A stretch of 64,000 nt of DNA from the human T2T-CHM13v2.0 reference genome, Homo sapiens: NCBI RefSeq assembly GCF_009914755.1, contig NC_060926.1; one strand, 5' to 3'. The notes beneath the pieces are model-generated. The model was not told the origin of the DNA. It worked only from the letters and a program-made list of their open reading frames with translations, and did not search any database. The position numbers were made by a program, and so were the translations under genes. How positions within the stretch are numbered: position 1 is the stretch's first letter; every line of letters begins with the position of its first letter. This document shows, piece by piece, positions 1 to 13,449 of this stretch.

Positions 1-745
1 CTCCCTAGATGATTCCACTCATTTCATAACTTTAAATGCCATAGACACCAACTGTTCCCAAATTTACATCTCTAGCCGAGACATCTTTGAAATCATGCAT
101 CTAAATCCCTACCTGATACATCCTCACAGACAACTCACGCTTAACATGTGCAAAACTGAGTTCTTTATTCCATCCCAACCTGCAACTCAAACTCTCTTTT
201 CCATCTCAAAAAATAGTAACTCCATTCCTCCATACTTTCAGGCCAAAACCTTGAGTAATCAAGTTCTTTCTCCCCAATCTGGAATCCAATAATTGCTTAC
301 CACTTCCGTTAATCCTCACTCTGGTCCAAGTCACATCATCGTCACTATGTCATGGCAGTAGCCTGCCTAGGGACTCTCACAGCCACCTTATATGCTCTCT
401 ACATGGTCTGTTCTCTATAAATCAATTGCAGCTCTCTGTTTAAAATTTTATTCAGATCATATCACTCTTTTGCTCACAGGCCTCCTGGTTTTCTGCCCTC
501 TAACAGTAAAATCCAAAGTCTTCACCACAGGCTACACAGCCCTACGTGATTTGGCCCCTGCTAACTCTCTGTGCCCATGACCTTGGCTCTGCCTGCACTG
601 GTTACCTGGCTGCTTTTCCAATTACTTATAACATGCTTCCTGCTTCAAACGTTTGCAAGTGCTGTTTGCTCGGCCTCGTGGCTTGTTTCCTCACTTCCAA
701 TAGGGGTCTGTCTGTTCAAATATTACTTTATTTGGAGAGGCCTTC
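1..745 (+). mobile_element. L2 LINE fragment (ORF2 3' part/3' region), interrupted by an MLT1 LTR
   Basis: Degenerate L2 motifs (tcccaaatttacatctctagcc, aactcacgcttaacatgtgcaaaactgag, tcagatcatatcactc). Confidence 0.7.
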
Positions 746-1337
746 TGTGGTAGGCAGAATTCTAAGATGACCCCAATAAACCCATTCCTTAGTGAACTTG
801 CCCTGCAGCATCCTCTCCCCTTGAGTATGAACAGGACCTATAACGATAATGGGATGTCACTCCTGCGATTAAGTTATGGCACATGGCAAAGGTGAAGATG
901 TAATTAAAGTTCCAAATCAGTTTGATTTTGAGTTCATCAAAAAGGAGATTATCCTAGGTGAGGCCTGCTTAATCAGGTGAAAAACCTTGAACAGAAAGAC
1001 CGAGGCCTTGGGAGTGAGGGTGGCGTAGTGGAGATGGTCCACAGCTGCTCCTGAAAGGGCAAGAATCATGTTGTAAACTGCTTGTGGCCTATAGGAGCTC
1101 AGGGCCTCAGTCCACAACTGCAAGGACCTAAATTCTGCCAGCAGCCTAAAAAGGCTTGGGAGAGGACCATGAGTTCCGATGAGCATGCCGCAATTTCAGC
1201 CTGCGAGACACTGAGCAGACTATCCCACTCAACTGTACCCGGACTTACAACCTACAGAAACTGAGATAATAAATGGGTGCTGTTCTAAGTTGCTAAGTTT
1301 GTGATAGCTTTTCACACAGCAACAGAAATCTAATATA
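746..1337 (+). mobile_element. MaLR LTR, MLT1E-like, solo LTR
   Basis: Starts tgtggtaggcagaattctaagatg and ends agcaacagaaatctaatata; 5-bp TSD CCTTC at 741-745 and 1338-1342. Confidence 0.85.
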
Positions 1338-1342
1338 CCTTC

Positions 1343-1584
1343 TATAATATAGAATACCATCCCCCTCACTTTCTATCCTCCTCACATACCTTTTCCTTCA
1401 GACAACCTGGTATATCATACAAGCAATTTGAATATTTGAATTTTTCCTCTCCCTGGCTCTAGAATGTAAGCTCCTTTAGGGCAAGAAGTCTGCCTTTTCT
1501 TTTTTCTACTGGTACATTACAGCACCTGGAACAATGCCATGTACATAGTAAGTGCTCAATAAATATTTATAGAATGAATGAATG
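1343..1584 (+). mobile_element. L2 3' end
   Basis: ctagaatgtaagctcc...catagtaagtgctcaataaatattta...gaatgaatgaatg tail. Confidence 0.8.
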
Positions 1585-1811
1585 TATTTACCATTTTCGT
1601 TTACTTTAGAACACGGTGATCACAAAAAAGTAATACTGTTTAACTTAGAACTTTCAAAGGCTATTTCTCAAACTGAAGTACAAGGACATCCCCCCCCTTT
1701 CCACCCCACTCCAACAATAATTTCTCAGAGATTCATGAGTTCACAAATATGAAAAGTAATAGTCTAAATAACTAGCTTGTAAATATTTAGCGAAAAAAAA
1801 AGTACACCAAC

Positions 1812-2155
1812 TGCTATGTACTGAATCGTGGCCCACCCTGAAAAAAATTCATATGCTGAAGCCCTAACCCTCCAAGTGATGGTATTTAGAGATGGAGCCT
1901 TTGGGAGGTAATTATGTTTAGGTGAGCTCATGAGGGTGGGACCCAAGAGACACCAGAGAGCTTGCTCTCACTCCCTCTCCACCATGTGAGGACTCAGTAA
2001 GCAGACAGACAGCTGCAAGCCAAGAAGAGAGCCCTCACCAGAAACCAGCCATGCTGACATCCCGATCTCCACAACTATGAGAAAATACATTTCTGTTGTT
2101 TCAGCCGCCTAGTCTATGGTATTTTTTTTAATGGCAACCTAACTAGACAAATGTA
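1812..2155 (+). mobile_element. MaLR LTR, MLT1A/B-like
   Basis: tgctatgtactgaat...aaattcatatgctgaagccctaacc; TSD CCAAC at 1807-1811 and 2156-2160. Confidence 0.85.
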
Positions 2156-2299
2156 CCAACAATTAGATATCAACAAGTGTTCACTGAAAATAAGTCATAC
2201 TAAAATACATTTCTATTATTTGAAAGTGTTTCTATGTCATTAGATTCAGGAAAATGCCATTAATGTGGTACATATTAACTTCAGCAACATATATAATAG

Positions 2300-3730
2300 A
2301 TCCCTTTATGATATCCTTTGGAATAATTGTGTTAGATGTACATTAAAAGGCATTGAATTTGTTGCTGGTTGAACAACTGTATCAAAGAACACTAGTTCAT
2401 TACTGAAAGTCACTCCGACAGTGAATGGTTTCCAACAGATGTCAGAAGACTCTTCGCCCTCAAACTACTGAACACCTTAATCAATGTTTTGGATAAAGAT
2501 TAAAAGGCAGGTTAATCAGATTGGCAATGGACATACATCTAAACACTAGAATATGACACACTGATGGTGATGATTGAAACACACAGTGGACAAGAAATTC
2601 ATCAAAACTATCAGGTTAATTATTAGTGATAAAAGATAAATTTTATCTAGAGTTGCAGTTCAGAATTAGGCTTGGTAGCCCTTTAAAAAAATCAGCTGTT
2701 TTGTTTGGCTGCTGAGTCATGCTGAACATGTCACCCATGTGCATGGATATTTCAAAAGGCAATGAAAACTCAGGCTGATTTAGGAGAAATATAGAGTGTG
2801 GATTACAAAAAAAAAAAAAACCACATTATCTTAATACTGTATTCCAGCTGCTCAGACCACATCTGGAATCCTGTATTTAAATATGGGCACTACATACAAA
2901 AGGAACACAAAATAACCACATAAAAAGAGTTACGAGATCAAATAGGTTTTAGATTAAAGAAAGTTAAACAAATTATCTTCCTGTAGAACTTCTTAAAATA
3001 TTTAATGTTAATATTCCTTATGATTTCCAAAAAAAGTGTATGTGCGTGTGTGTGCACATGCACAGATTGATGAATAGTGTGCATTGTTTTTTAACTTATT
3101 TGAACATAGAACCCTTTCTTCCTGGAGCGTCATGTAGGACTAGTGATCTAAGCCACAAGCTTATGAAAACAACCTATACCCACAAGAGAAAATATAACAA
3201 AGGCAGATACAGACTAAATATTAATAAAGGTGAGCAACTAGGATTGCAAGAGCAATATAGAAACTGTATCATGAGAAAAAGGCTAAAGATTCTTATAGTA
3301 TTTTGTCTAAGAAAAGAGAAGAACATTCCTTGCAAATATACAAATGGCTCTCAGAAAAATAAGGGAACACATTTGTCATATTGCTCTAGCACCCAGGGCA
3401 AAATAATATCTAAAGTTAAGGTTCAGTAGTACGTGTTTTGACACATTTTCCAGGAGACTTTTATGCAGACAGTCTGATATTTGCACTAAGGGGGAGAATT
3501 ACAGCCCATAGGAGCCCAGAACAGAAAAGTCGGTTTAATCTTCAGGAGGAAGAACCATCAATCAATTAAGGCTTTTATTTAGTATTAAAGGGGCCATCAT
3601 GGAGAAAACGTGAGCTTTAGTATGCACAGAAGCTAGGTAAACATCCAGCAGAGACACTAAAAAAAAGATTCCTGCATATATAAAGTGGGCGATTAGACTG
3701 TTGGATTCTAAAGGTCACTTCCAACACTGC
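2300..3730 (+). mobile_element. Fragmented ancient CR1/L3 LINE (RT region to 3' end)
   Basis: Degenerate L3 blocks: atcaatgttttggataaag...atcagattggcaatg, ctgctcagaccacatctggaatcctgtatt, ttgtctaagaaaagagaag, and the 3' end gattcctgcat...ttagact...aggtcacttccaacact. Boundaries approximate. Confidence 0.6.
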
Positions 3731-4171
3731 ATGCTCAGTGGGCTAGACTAAAACCTTGGTAGTCTTGCTCACCACTACACCTCAATGACAACATGAGCCT
3801 GGCACAGAGCTCCTGGCGCAGAGTGGGCTCCTCATAAATACGGGCTGAATTAATGAATAACTGAACAAGTAAAATATAAATGAAAGAAGTACCTCGTTCG
3901 AAAGTCAAACAAAAAGGGAATGGGCTACCTCATTCTTTAGTGATTGCTAAATTCACGAACTGTGAATAATAATCAAGGCTACTGTCAAATATAAGGAAAA
4001 CAGCCTTGTGATAATTTCACTTCTTAACTCTGAATTGAATCATACCAAGGGTTACTGTGAGGTTCCTTTGACAAATACGTGAAAATGCAGACTATAAATG
4101 ACCATCAGAAGTGAGGGGTGATTATGGTGCCAATGGTCTACTTAGATGGACTATGATAACTCAGAGGGGTG

Positions 4172-4292
4172 GAAACTAACCTTAAGGATGAGCCCACTTT
4201 TTGTAGCTACAACTCTGAAAATCCCTAGTGGCCAGAAACTAACCTTGCTGATGAACCCGCTTTTTGTAGCTACAACTCAGAAAATGCCTAGT
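4172..4292. repeat. Tandem duplication, period 63 bp, 2 copies, each containing the palindrome TTGTAGCTACAA
   Basis: 4172-4229 vs 4235-4292 differ at 7 of 58 positions. Confidence 0.95.
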
Positions 4293-5061
4293 ATATGCAC
4301 GTGCTTTATTTGTTTAATGGTCAGAAGAACATATGTATAACTTCTTTTAAAACATCTTCAAAGATGTGACAGTATTCTGATAGAACTGGTAAACTAAGCT
4401 GTTTATAATTCAGTTTAAACAGTTTTGTCTTGAGATATCAAATTCTTAGCAAAGAACATCACAAAGATGAACCTTTAAATAATTAAAAAAAAAATCCTTA
4501 AAACGGAAAACGCTTTCATTCACACTACTGCAGACAAAGACCATACTGTCAGGCACCATATTTGTATCCATTTCCTAGAAGACTGAGATTTCTTTCAAAA
4601 TATATCTGTCATTTCTCCACAGTGGCTGATCAAACTTGCCAATGAAAAATGTTCTGAACAGGCAACCTGTAGTACAAGCATGGTTTATTTCTGTCAGAGA
4701 CCGACTGCTGAAGTGTGAAAGAAACTCATTAAAAATCTCTTACTGTGATCTTACATTGTAAAAAAAAGAAAAAGGAAAAGAAAAAAAAATCTAAGAAGGA
4801 AAAGGCAAGGAAATAAAACATAATGAAAGGTACACTGAGCCTGCAGACACACTCATATGGTGCTTTTCTTTCTTACTCTTCTTTAGCAAGCAATTAGAAG
4901 AGCACAATTAGCCCTGGGAATACAGCATACACTCATGGTTCGGGGAAATCAAATAAGCTAACGATTCTATTTTATGCTAATATTATGAAAGGTTAACGAA
5001 GGAGATTTAAAAAATTGTACTATAGGAAAAACAATGCAGAATAAACAACAGTATTATTTAC

Positions 5062-5132
5062 CTTAATCTCAAAACGAGGTTCACGGCACAAGAAGAAGCT
5101 TCTCTGTAGTCTTCATTAGCATTGGGTGGGCC
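5062..5132 (-). CDS. STK39: STK39 coding exon (probably exon 14), 71 nt, GPPNANEDYREASSCAVNLVLRL-R (start of CCT domain)
   Basis: Acceptor ttttctttttaaag|GGC and donor TTAAG|gtaaat; phase 0-2. Confidence 0.95.
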
Positions 5133-5959
5133 CTTTAAAAAGAAAACAGCAAACAGTGTTATAAACTGTATCAGGAAAGGAATGAATAAAATCACAATAT
5201 CACTTGATTCATATAGCCATTTCTTTCTGGAAATTTCAAAACTAGATCTTTACACACGCAGGCCTTCTTTGGCATCGTAACACCTCCATGTAAAGGTTGT
5301 AATGGTGCCTAATTCCCATCACAATTGTGGATATGAATGTTTCATATGGAAAGCCTCAGTTCTAGGATGGGTATCATAAACAACTTGTATAAGCTGTAGT
5401 AAAGTCCAGCTACCTAAAATGGCACCTCACAACCCACACATAGACTGTTACTATTGAAACTTGGGGATCACAAAGGCTGGGCACCTTAAACCCTGCAATG
5501 CAGAGGAAGGCGGGGCCCAGAAGATTCAGCCACTGTTTATCTTTCCTGCCTTTCTCACCTAGAGCCCATTTTCTTGAATATTGATTATTAACCATGAATG
5601 TCTCCAATACACAGCCTCTCCCTGTTCTCAGGGAATCCCGGGACATGAGTAGACCTTATTGTTGGAGTAGAAAAAATAAGGCATTTCAGGTCAAGACTTG
5701 GCACTGCCACTGACCTGAAATGCAACCATGAGCAAGCCATTCTCTGAATAACGCCTGCCGTAAAAGGTTGCAGGGAGAATAAAATGATATAGATGAAAGT
5801 GAGTCATAAAATGCTCTACAGTACTAGTTATCCTAATCCCTGTTCCCGTTTCCTTTACTCTCTTTGCCCTCTGATCCATTATTATTCTTAACTTGCCTTT
5901 TATCATTCAACCAATCCCTACAGTTTATCTCAAGGTCTCTTACTGAGTTGCCTGATATA

Positions 5960-6075
5960 GTGTAAAGACCTAAACCGAATCCTGACTTGGCCTCTAACTA
6001 GTGGTGTGACTATGGGGGAGCCACTTCACCTCTGCAAGTCTTTACTCCCTCTATATATAAGCTATAAAATAAGGG
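5960..6075 (+). mobile_element. MIR SINE fragment
   Basis: gaatcctgact...ctaactagtggtgtgactatgggggagccacttcacctct core similarity. Confidence 0.6.
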
Positions 6076-6880
6076 CCCCGCATTAGGTATCTGACCTCAA
6101 ACAGGCTTCCTGAAGCCAACAAAATCACTCTAATTATCTCTCCAATATATGGCTATTTTATAAAACACAGACCAAGTAAAACAGAAATGAATTTAAATTG
6201 AATATGCAGAGTTTGAAAGAAAGAAAATTATGATCCTGACAGTGGTGACGCTTTATAGTACAACCACTTTGAGAACAAAAGGGCTTGCCTGTTAATTATA
6301 CAGCAGAACCAGAATGCAGGCCTGTGCTCTGGTTCTATGCCCCTAGGCCTTTCCCTGGATTGCTCAGCATCCCTCAACACCTCCCACCATGGCTCACAGC
6401 CACGTCTTCTGTCCCATAACTTTAATAAATATGCATTATAAATGCATGTCACAGTTACTGGACTATTATTTTTACAAGGCAAGTTGTAGAGACGAATTGG
6501 CCCATAAAATTCAATGATAACAGAATTATGAAAACAGGTTACAGAAATCCAACCAGGAGCAAAAAATAAAAGTATCAATTAACCACAATGTTCTGTGGCT
6601 GGAATATAACAGAATGGTGTCATTTTCTTTCCTTTTCTTCTTTTCCACAGTACCAGCAATTTCAGGAGCAGTCTGGTAATCAATTCTCACTCTTGAGCCT
6701 ATCATTTAAAGGTTGGAGGTCCCACAAAGCACAGTCAATAGCAACCTATTTAAAAAGACAGCTTATAAGCCCTTGATTTGGAGGCACTACCTTGAAATTG
6801 TCTATCTTTCTAAAATGTTGGTTTTTTAAAGGATCTGTCTACAAAGCACCTCAAACGGAATGACTGGCAGAGAAACATAC

Positions 6881-6943
6881 CTGAGAGTCGTGCACAGAGA
6901 GGGACTGTATTTGTTCGGGGATGGTGCTGGCACTCACTGCAAT
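6881..6943 (-). CDS. STK39: STK39 coding exon (probably exon 13), 63 nt, IAVSASTIPEQIQSLSVHDSQ
   Basis: Acceptor ctctcgtaacag|ATT and donor CAG|gtatgt; phase 0-0; too short for the ORF track, read manually. Confidence 0.95.
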
Positions 6944-7054
6944 CTGTTACGAGAGCCACCGTTACAGCATTCAAGAAAGCCAAAGGGAGACACGGTGAGT
7001 GTGGTTACATTAAGTCCCAATTATCAGACCCAATAATTTCCAAACGATCATAAA

Positions 7055-7231
7055 GCAATATTTACCAAAGTGTGGCTCTTTGACTACCTGTGTTGGAATC
7101 ACCTAGGACAAGTGTTAAAGACCCCTAGGCCCCTCCTGGCCTGTGACTCAGAATTCCACAGAGATGGAAGAGAATCTGTGTCTTTACCAAGTTCCCCAAA
7201 TAACCCTCATTATACTGTTAAAGAACCACTA
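7055..7231. mobile_element. MER5-type hAT DNA transposon remnant
   Basis: ccaaagtgtgg...ggaatcacctagg...actcagaatt...aagttcccca...aagaaccact. Confidence 0.55.
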
Positions 7232-8445
7232 AGCTAAAGTGAAAAGGCATGAATTATTTGATGTTTTAAATTTGATAACCAAAAGATGTCCTAGGATAAT
7301 TTTTTCTTATTGCATAATTTCATCTAAGGTTAACGGACCCTCAATGAAAAGACGTTGGGGTTAATAAAACCTGCCCCTTTAATCTAACTATGAGCAATTA
7401 TTCACTGTATTTAAAAAATACATAAGGATAGTTGCATTTTTAAAAGATATTAATGCTAAAGTGATAGGTTATACTCCTCTCTCAAAGTTAGAAACCCAAC
7501 TCTAAGGTTACCCCCAAATTATTTTTGCCTTGAGCTCTACTTTTGGGAACTCTGCCCTGGAGCAAAACTTGAAAGACAAAAAACAACACCAACAACAACA
7601 ACAAAAAAAACCTCAAAGAGAAACAGCAATGAAAATGAACAAAAAGGATCTCCTATTTCTAAACTTACTATCAATTCTAAATCAGAAATCATCAAAAATT
7701 ATTTGTGAGAAGAGCTTTCTAAAGTTTAAGAGCATAAAATTCTTACTGTCCATGCTTCTTCCAAAATAACTATGGTGGTAGTGAAGTAATAGGGAAAAGT
7801 GTATTGATGTCTGCAATTTACTTTGAAATGCATCAAAAAGTTAAGATAGACTGAAGGATGAATAGATGGATATATATGATAGAGCAAGTACAGTAATGAT
7901 GATACCTAGATTATAGGTATACGGCGTTCACTATAAAATGTTTTAATGTTGCTCTATTTATTTTTACGATAAGATGTTAGGGGAAAATGACTACGTTAGA
8001 AGAACAAAACAACCTGTATTCATTAACCAGCCAGAGGCTCTGGGCCTACTTCAAATGATCTCTTGCAAAGAATCTTTCAGGGTGATTCCACAATCTTAAT
8101 TTAAATTTGTGATACAACCAAAGGCCACATCAGTACTTATAAACATTATTGTGACTTCCTTTAGTCAAAGAACTACTGTAACCTGAAAAACCTTAGTGGC
8201 ATTTACTAAGAGGTGAAAACTTCTCTTTCCCCTGGGGAGACCCATCTCCTGCCCTGCACAATCATCAAGATGGAGGGCTAATCAACTAGGCGGGGGGCTG
8301 GAACCCCACACACACCCTGCAACCTTACTGTGTAGGTGTAACCCTGAATACAACGAGGGGACCACAGCCTCCACTCTGATGCACAGCAATATGGTAATTC
8401 CTCAGAAAATGTGCAGAGATGCACAGGAGAGCTGGACAGGGAGGG

Positions 8446-9171
<726 letters not shown>

Positions 9172-9409
9172 GGAAGCCACCGTACAAAACATCTTCCTTG
9201 ACAACGAACTGCATTCCTCCAAATGTCACCACTACAGATCCATTCTATGGGATTAGGGCATGGTCTTTTGGGTATACTCTTCTAAGTGTAAAAACTTGTA
9301 AGAAAGCTAACATATTAAGCAGCTGTCAATTTATCAGGGTTTTTCATTTCCTTTTAAACAATTTGCTATAGGATGGACATTTGAGAGAATGAGTGTTTTG
9401 ATGGGAAGG

Positions 9410-9772
9410 TGTATTAGTCCGGTTTCATATTGCTATGAACAAATACCCAAGACTGGGTAATTTATAAAGAAAAAGGGGGTTAATAGACTCGCAGGTTCAC
9501 ATGGCTGGGAAGGCCTCACAATCACAGCAGAAGGCGCAGGAGGAGCAAAGGCACAGCTTACACGGTAGCAGGCAAGAGAGTGTGTGCAGGAGAACTGCCC
9601 TTTATAAAACCATCAGATCTCATGAGACTTATACACTATTACGAGAACAGTATAGGAAAACCTGCTGCTATGATTCAATTACCGCTCATCGGGTCCCTCC
9701 CATGACATGTAGGGATTATGGAAGCTACAATTCAAGATGAGATTTGGGTGAGGACACAGCCAAACCATATCA
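9410..9772 (-). mobile_element. THE1 solo LTR (THE1B/C/D group), sense to STK39
   Basis: The + strand begins tgtattagtcc and ends acacagccaaaccatatca, the reverse complement of the THE1 termini. Confidence 0.93.
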
Positions 9773-9959
9773 GAGGAGGAGGCAGGAACAATGGATTAAT
9801 GTTGAACACCACCATGGCAATAGACCCTGATGGGGACCTAGGACAGGATAAGAGAGGAAAAGATCTCAGAATGGAGACAAGAAAGAGACAACATCTGCTT
9901 TCCAATTTTTCGTAGAGCTCTGCCTAATGAACTCCTTTCCTGTTTTCGCAAATATTATA

Positions 9960-10220
9960 GCTAAATGCAATGTGCTATCCTGGATTGGATCCTGGCAAAA
10001 ACAAGGGACACTAGTAGGCAAACTAGTGACATGGGAACAAATTCTGGGGCTTAGTTGACAGTCACATGGCAGCGCTGGTTTCTGAGTTGTAACAAATTTG
10101 TCAGGAATACATAAGAAATCAACAGTGGGGGAGATTGCATGAGGAATATATGGGAACTCTGCACTGTCGCTGCAACGTTTCTATAAATCGAAAATTATTC
10201 CAAAATCAAAAGTTCATTTT
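9960..10220 (+). mobile_element. Old L1 (L1MC/MD) 3' UTR fragment
   Basis: ctaaatgcaatgtg.tatcctggattggatcctgg...atatgggaactctgcact...aaattattccaaaat. Confidence 0.75.
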
Positions 10221-10479
10221 CAGATATATTGCAGATTTCTGGATTTCTGAAAAACATACCTATCTTTTCTAACAACTGCTCAAAAGGGCAGTCACCTGCA
10301 ATAACAACACCTTTTAGAAAGTGGTATCATGAAAATATCAGGTTAAAGCAGTCTGTGATGGCTAAGGATAACCATAATAAAAGTGGAGGGAGAAGTTAAA
10401 TCTCTCTCTCCATCTCCATATGGGTATAGAACAAACACGTTTGACAGCTCACAGGCATTTGGAAAACATGTTTTCGTAG

Positions 10480-10777
<298 letters not shown>

Positions 10778-12006
10778 CACAGAAATAATTTTTAAAAGCT
10801 AACAGCAGTCTTAAATGACATGTGACAATAGCAATAAGTAATATAAGGAAAAAAATTAGTTTTCACATTGCATCTAATCTCTAATAAAATTAACTCAATT
10901 TAAATACCAAATGTATTTTCTCCTCAGAGCAAAATCCCAGAATTAGGAAACAGAAATATTTCCATAATTAGCCAAGTCTAGATTCTTGATAACAAAACTT
11001 TTCAATATACCTTTTGTGAGCCCTACTGGGCTTCAGCCAGAAACCTTTCCCACCTGCTTCATTACCCTTGATTAAATAAACACAACTTTCCCAAGGGATT
11101 TCTGAAACATTTTCTTTTTCCTTATTTTTATTTTGGAAATTTCTGATGGACATTTAAAACAAATCTTCAGGAATTTTGAGCACACCAGCTTCCTGGATTC
11201 CAGTCTGGACTTCTGGATTCCGAGGGATTTGTGCAGTTTTCCTAGCCAGTCCTTGATCCTAGCTGTGAATCAGAATCCTGAGAGCAGCTTTTTAAAAATC
11301 AGAGTTGCCTGGACATCATCCCAAATTACCAAATCAGAATCTGTGGGTTGAGTCTAGACACTGCATTTTTAAAGGTTTCCAGCCAGGGTTGTGAACTGTT
11401 TATTTTCATGTCACCTAACTGAGATGCTACTATAAAAAAGAGTGTTACTTTAATAGAAGCCTTAGCAAATGCCCTCCTCAGTTAAATGAACCCAAATGAA
11501 ACTATAAATTTAAAGATAAAGTCAATTTCACTTTTTATGTAGAAAATTAGGATATAATGCAAAATTGACAGAAAGTCATAAAACATGTACTTATTATTTT
11601 TGACAAAAAGAGATTCCAAAACCACTGGTCAAAAGAAGATCAATAATGGGATAACAGTTGAAAAGTTTTATATAACCTAAGAAGCTATATAAGCTAGGAA
11701 ACACTACCTAAGGAAACTGTCCTTGCAAATACCACCCCTTCCCCGACCCCCAAAGAGATGAAAAGCATCCAGCTAGCGAGCTGTCTTTACTTTTATGAAA
11801 TTCCCACAGTGCCTAACACAGTTCCAAGTGGAAATCAGGCACAGATTAAACATCTGTTTAATTAATATTATTAATAATAACATTTAGTCTTCACTGGCTT
11901 CCATCAACCAAGTAGAATATGATGATAAACAAATGAAACAAGGATGAGCTATCTACTTGTTATAAATTATTAATTACTAGTGGGTGACTAATACTTCGAT
12001 ATTTCT

Positions 12007-12348
12007 TTTTTTTTTTTTTAATTATACTTTAAGTTCTAGGGTACATGTGCACAACGTGCAGGTTTGTTACATAGGTATACATGTGCCATGTTGGTTTGCT
12101 GCACCCATTAACTCGTCATTTACATTAGGTATATCTCCTAATGCTATCCCTCCCCCCTCCCCCAACTCCATGACAGGCCCCAGTGTGTGATGTTCCCCAT
12201 CCTGTGTCCAAGTGTTCTCATTGTTCAATTCCCACCTATAAGTGAGAACATGCGGTGTTTGGTTCTCTGTCCTTGCGATAGTTTGCTCAGAATGATGGTT
12301 TCCAGCTTCATCCATGTCCCTACAAAGGACATGAACTCATCCTTTTTT
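12007..12348 (-). mobile_element. 5'-truncated L1PA 3' end (primate L1), sense to STK39
   Basis: Poly-T followed by attatactttaagttctagggtacatgtgcac...; 18-bp TSD taatactt(c/t)gatatttct at 11989-12006 and 12349-12366. Confidence 0.95.
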
Positions 12349-13161
12349 TAATACTTTGATATTTCTAAAATATCAGGTTAGGAACACAAGGCCAATTTTT
12401 CAATGTGATGGCTATGAATCTCAAGCCAGATCTGAATTCCAGGATAAGTAATGCAATTCTAAAATCTTACAGATTATACTGGAAATTCTCTTGGACTTAG
12501 GAGGATCTCCAAATACGACCCAGGATGAGGTGGATCTTCTCAATGTCCCTCTGACAAACATCCCACTCTGGCCTTCTCAGTCTTCTTTGATTAATACTGT
12601 AATACTTGGTCATTCTACCTCATACTTCCTAGGAGGTCAAATAGCCCCTCACTCATTAAGCTTTCCTAAAATATCCCTAGTTTACTGTAGCACCTTACTC
12701 TGTCTAAACATGGTACTAACAAAGCTACTTTTCTGAACTTCACCTCAATTATATGTCTTCTGATCCCTTGAATCACTTCTGACCTACTCATAAATACTAT
12801 ATGCCTACTCATGCACTTGTTTAATATTCGGCTTGCAGTGCATACCCAATTCATGTCATCAGTGAACATGTATAGTGTCTACTAGATGCAAAAGAAACAC
12901 AAACTTCCATGTTTTTCATTTTTTTCATAAAATACTATCTCAATCTTCTAGTGGCTTATAGTCAAAAACAACTGAATTGCAATGTAATGACAAACATGAA
13001 AAAGCTTATTAAAATGTAAATACTCTGGCATTTAAATGTGTTATTTGGCACAGATAAGCATTTTCACTCTCAAAGATGTTTACAGGTATAAGGTGCACTG
13101 TCAGAAGCTGTATATACTGATTGGTACAGCTATTGATAGCAACTACAAAAATTCAAAATCA

Positions 13162-13449
13162 GGCCGGGCACGGTGGCTCACGCTTGTAATCCCAGCACTT
13201 CTGGAGGCCGAGGCTGGCAGATCACGAGGTCAGGAGATCGAGACCACGGTGAAACCCTGTCTCTACTAAAAATACAAAAAATTAGCTAGGCATGGTGGCA
13301 GGCACCTGTAGTCCCAGCTACTGGGAGAGGCTGAGGCAGGAGAAAGGCGTGAACCCGGGAAGCACAGCTTGCAGAGAGCCGAGATTGCGCCACTGCACTC
13401 CAGCCTGGGCAACAGAGTGAGACTCCATCTCAAAAAAAAAAAAAAAAAA
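13162..13449 (+). mobile_element. AluY-lineage element with the 12-bp left-arm deletion (AluYc3/Yd type)
   Basis: gagatcgagaccacggtgaaaccc (lacks tcctggctaaca), cacgcttgtaat, ggagaggctgagg; TSD aaaaattcaaaatca at 13147-13161 and 13445-13459. Confidence 0.9.

Noticed and set aside
3040-3429. 129-aa ORF
   Set aside because: Starts in a (TG)n patch and overlaps decayed CR1/L3 sequence; no coherent protein.
4172-4292. Palindrome-containing direct repeats as a CRISPR-like array
   Set aside because: Only two copies, no unique spacers, and a eukaryotic intron context; a simple tandem duplication.
6231-6246. Exact 16-mer TGATCCTGACAGTGGT repeated at 46694-46709
   Set aside because: About 0.5 such matches are expected by chance in a 64-kb self-comparison, and the flanks are unrelated.
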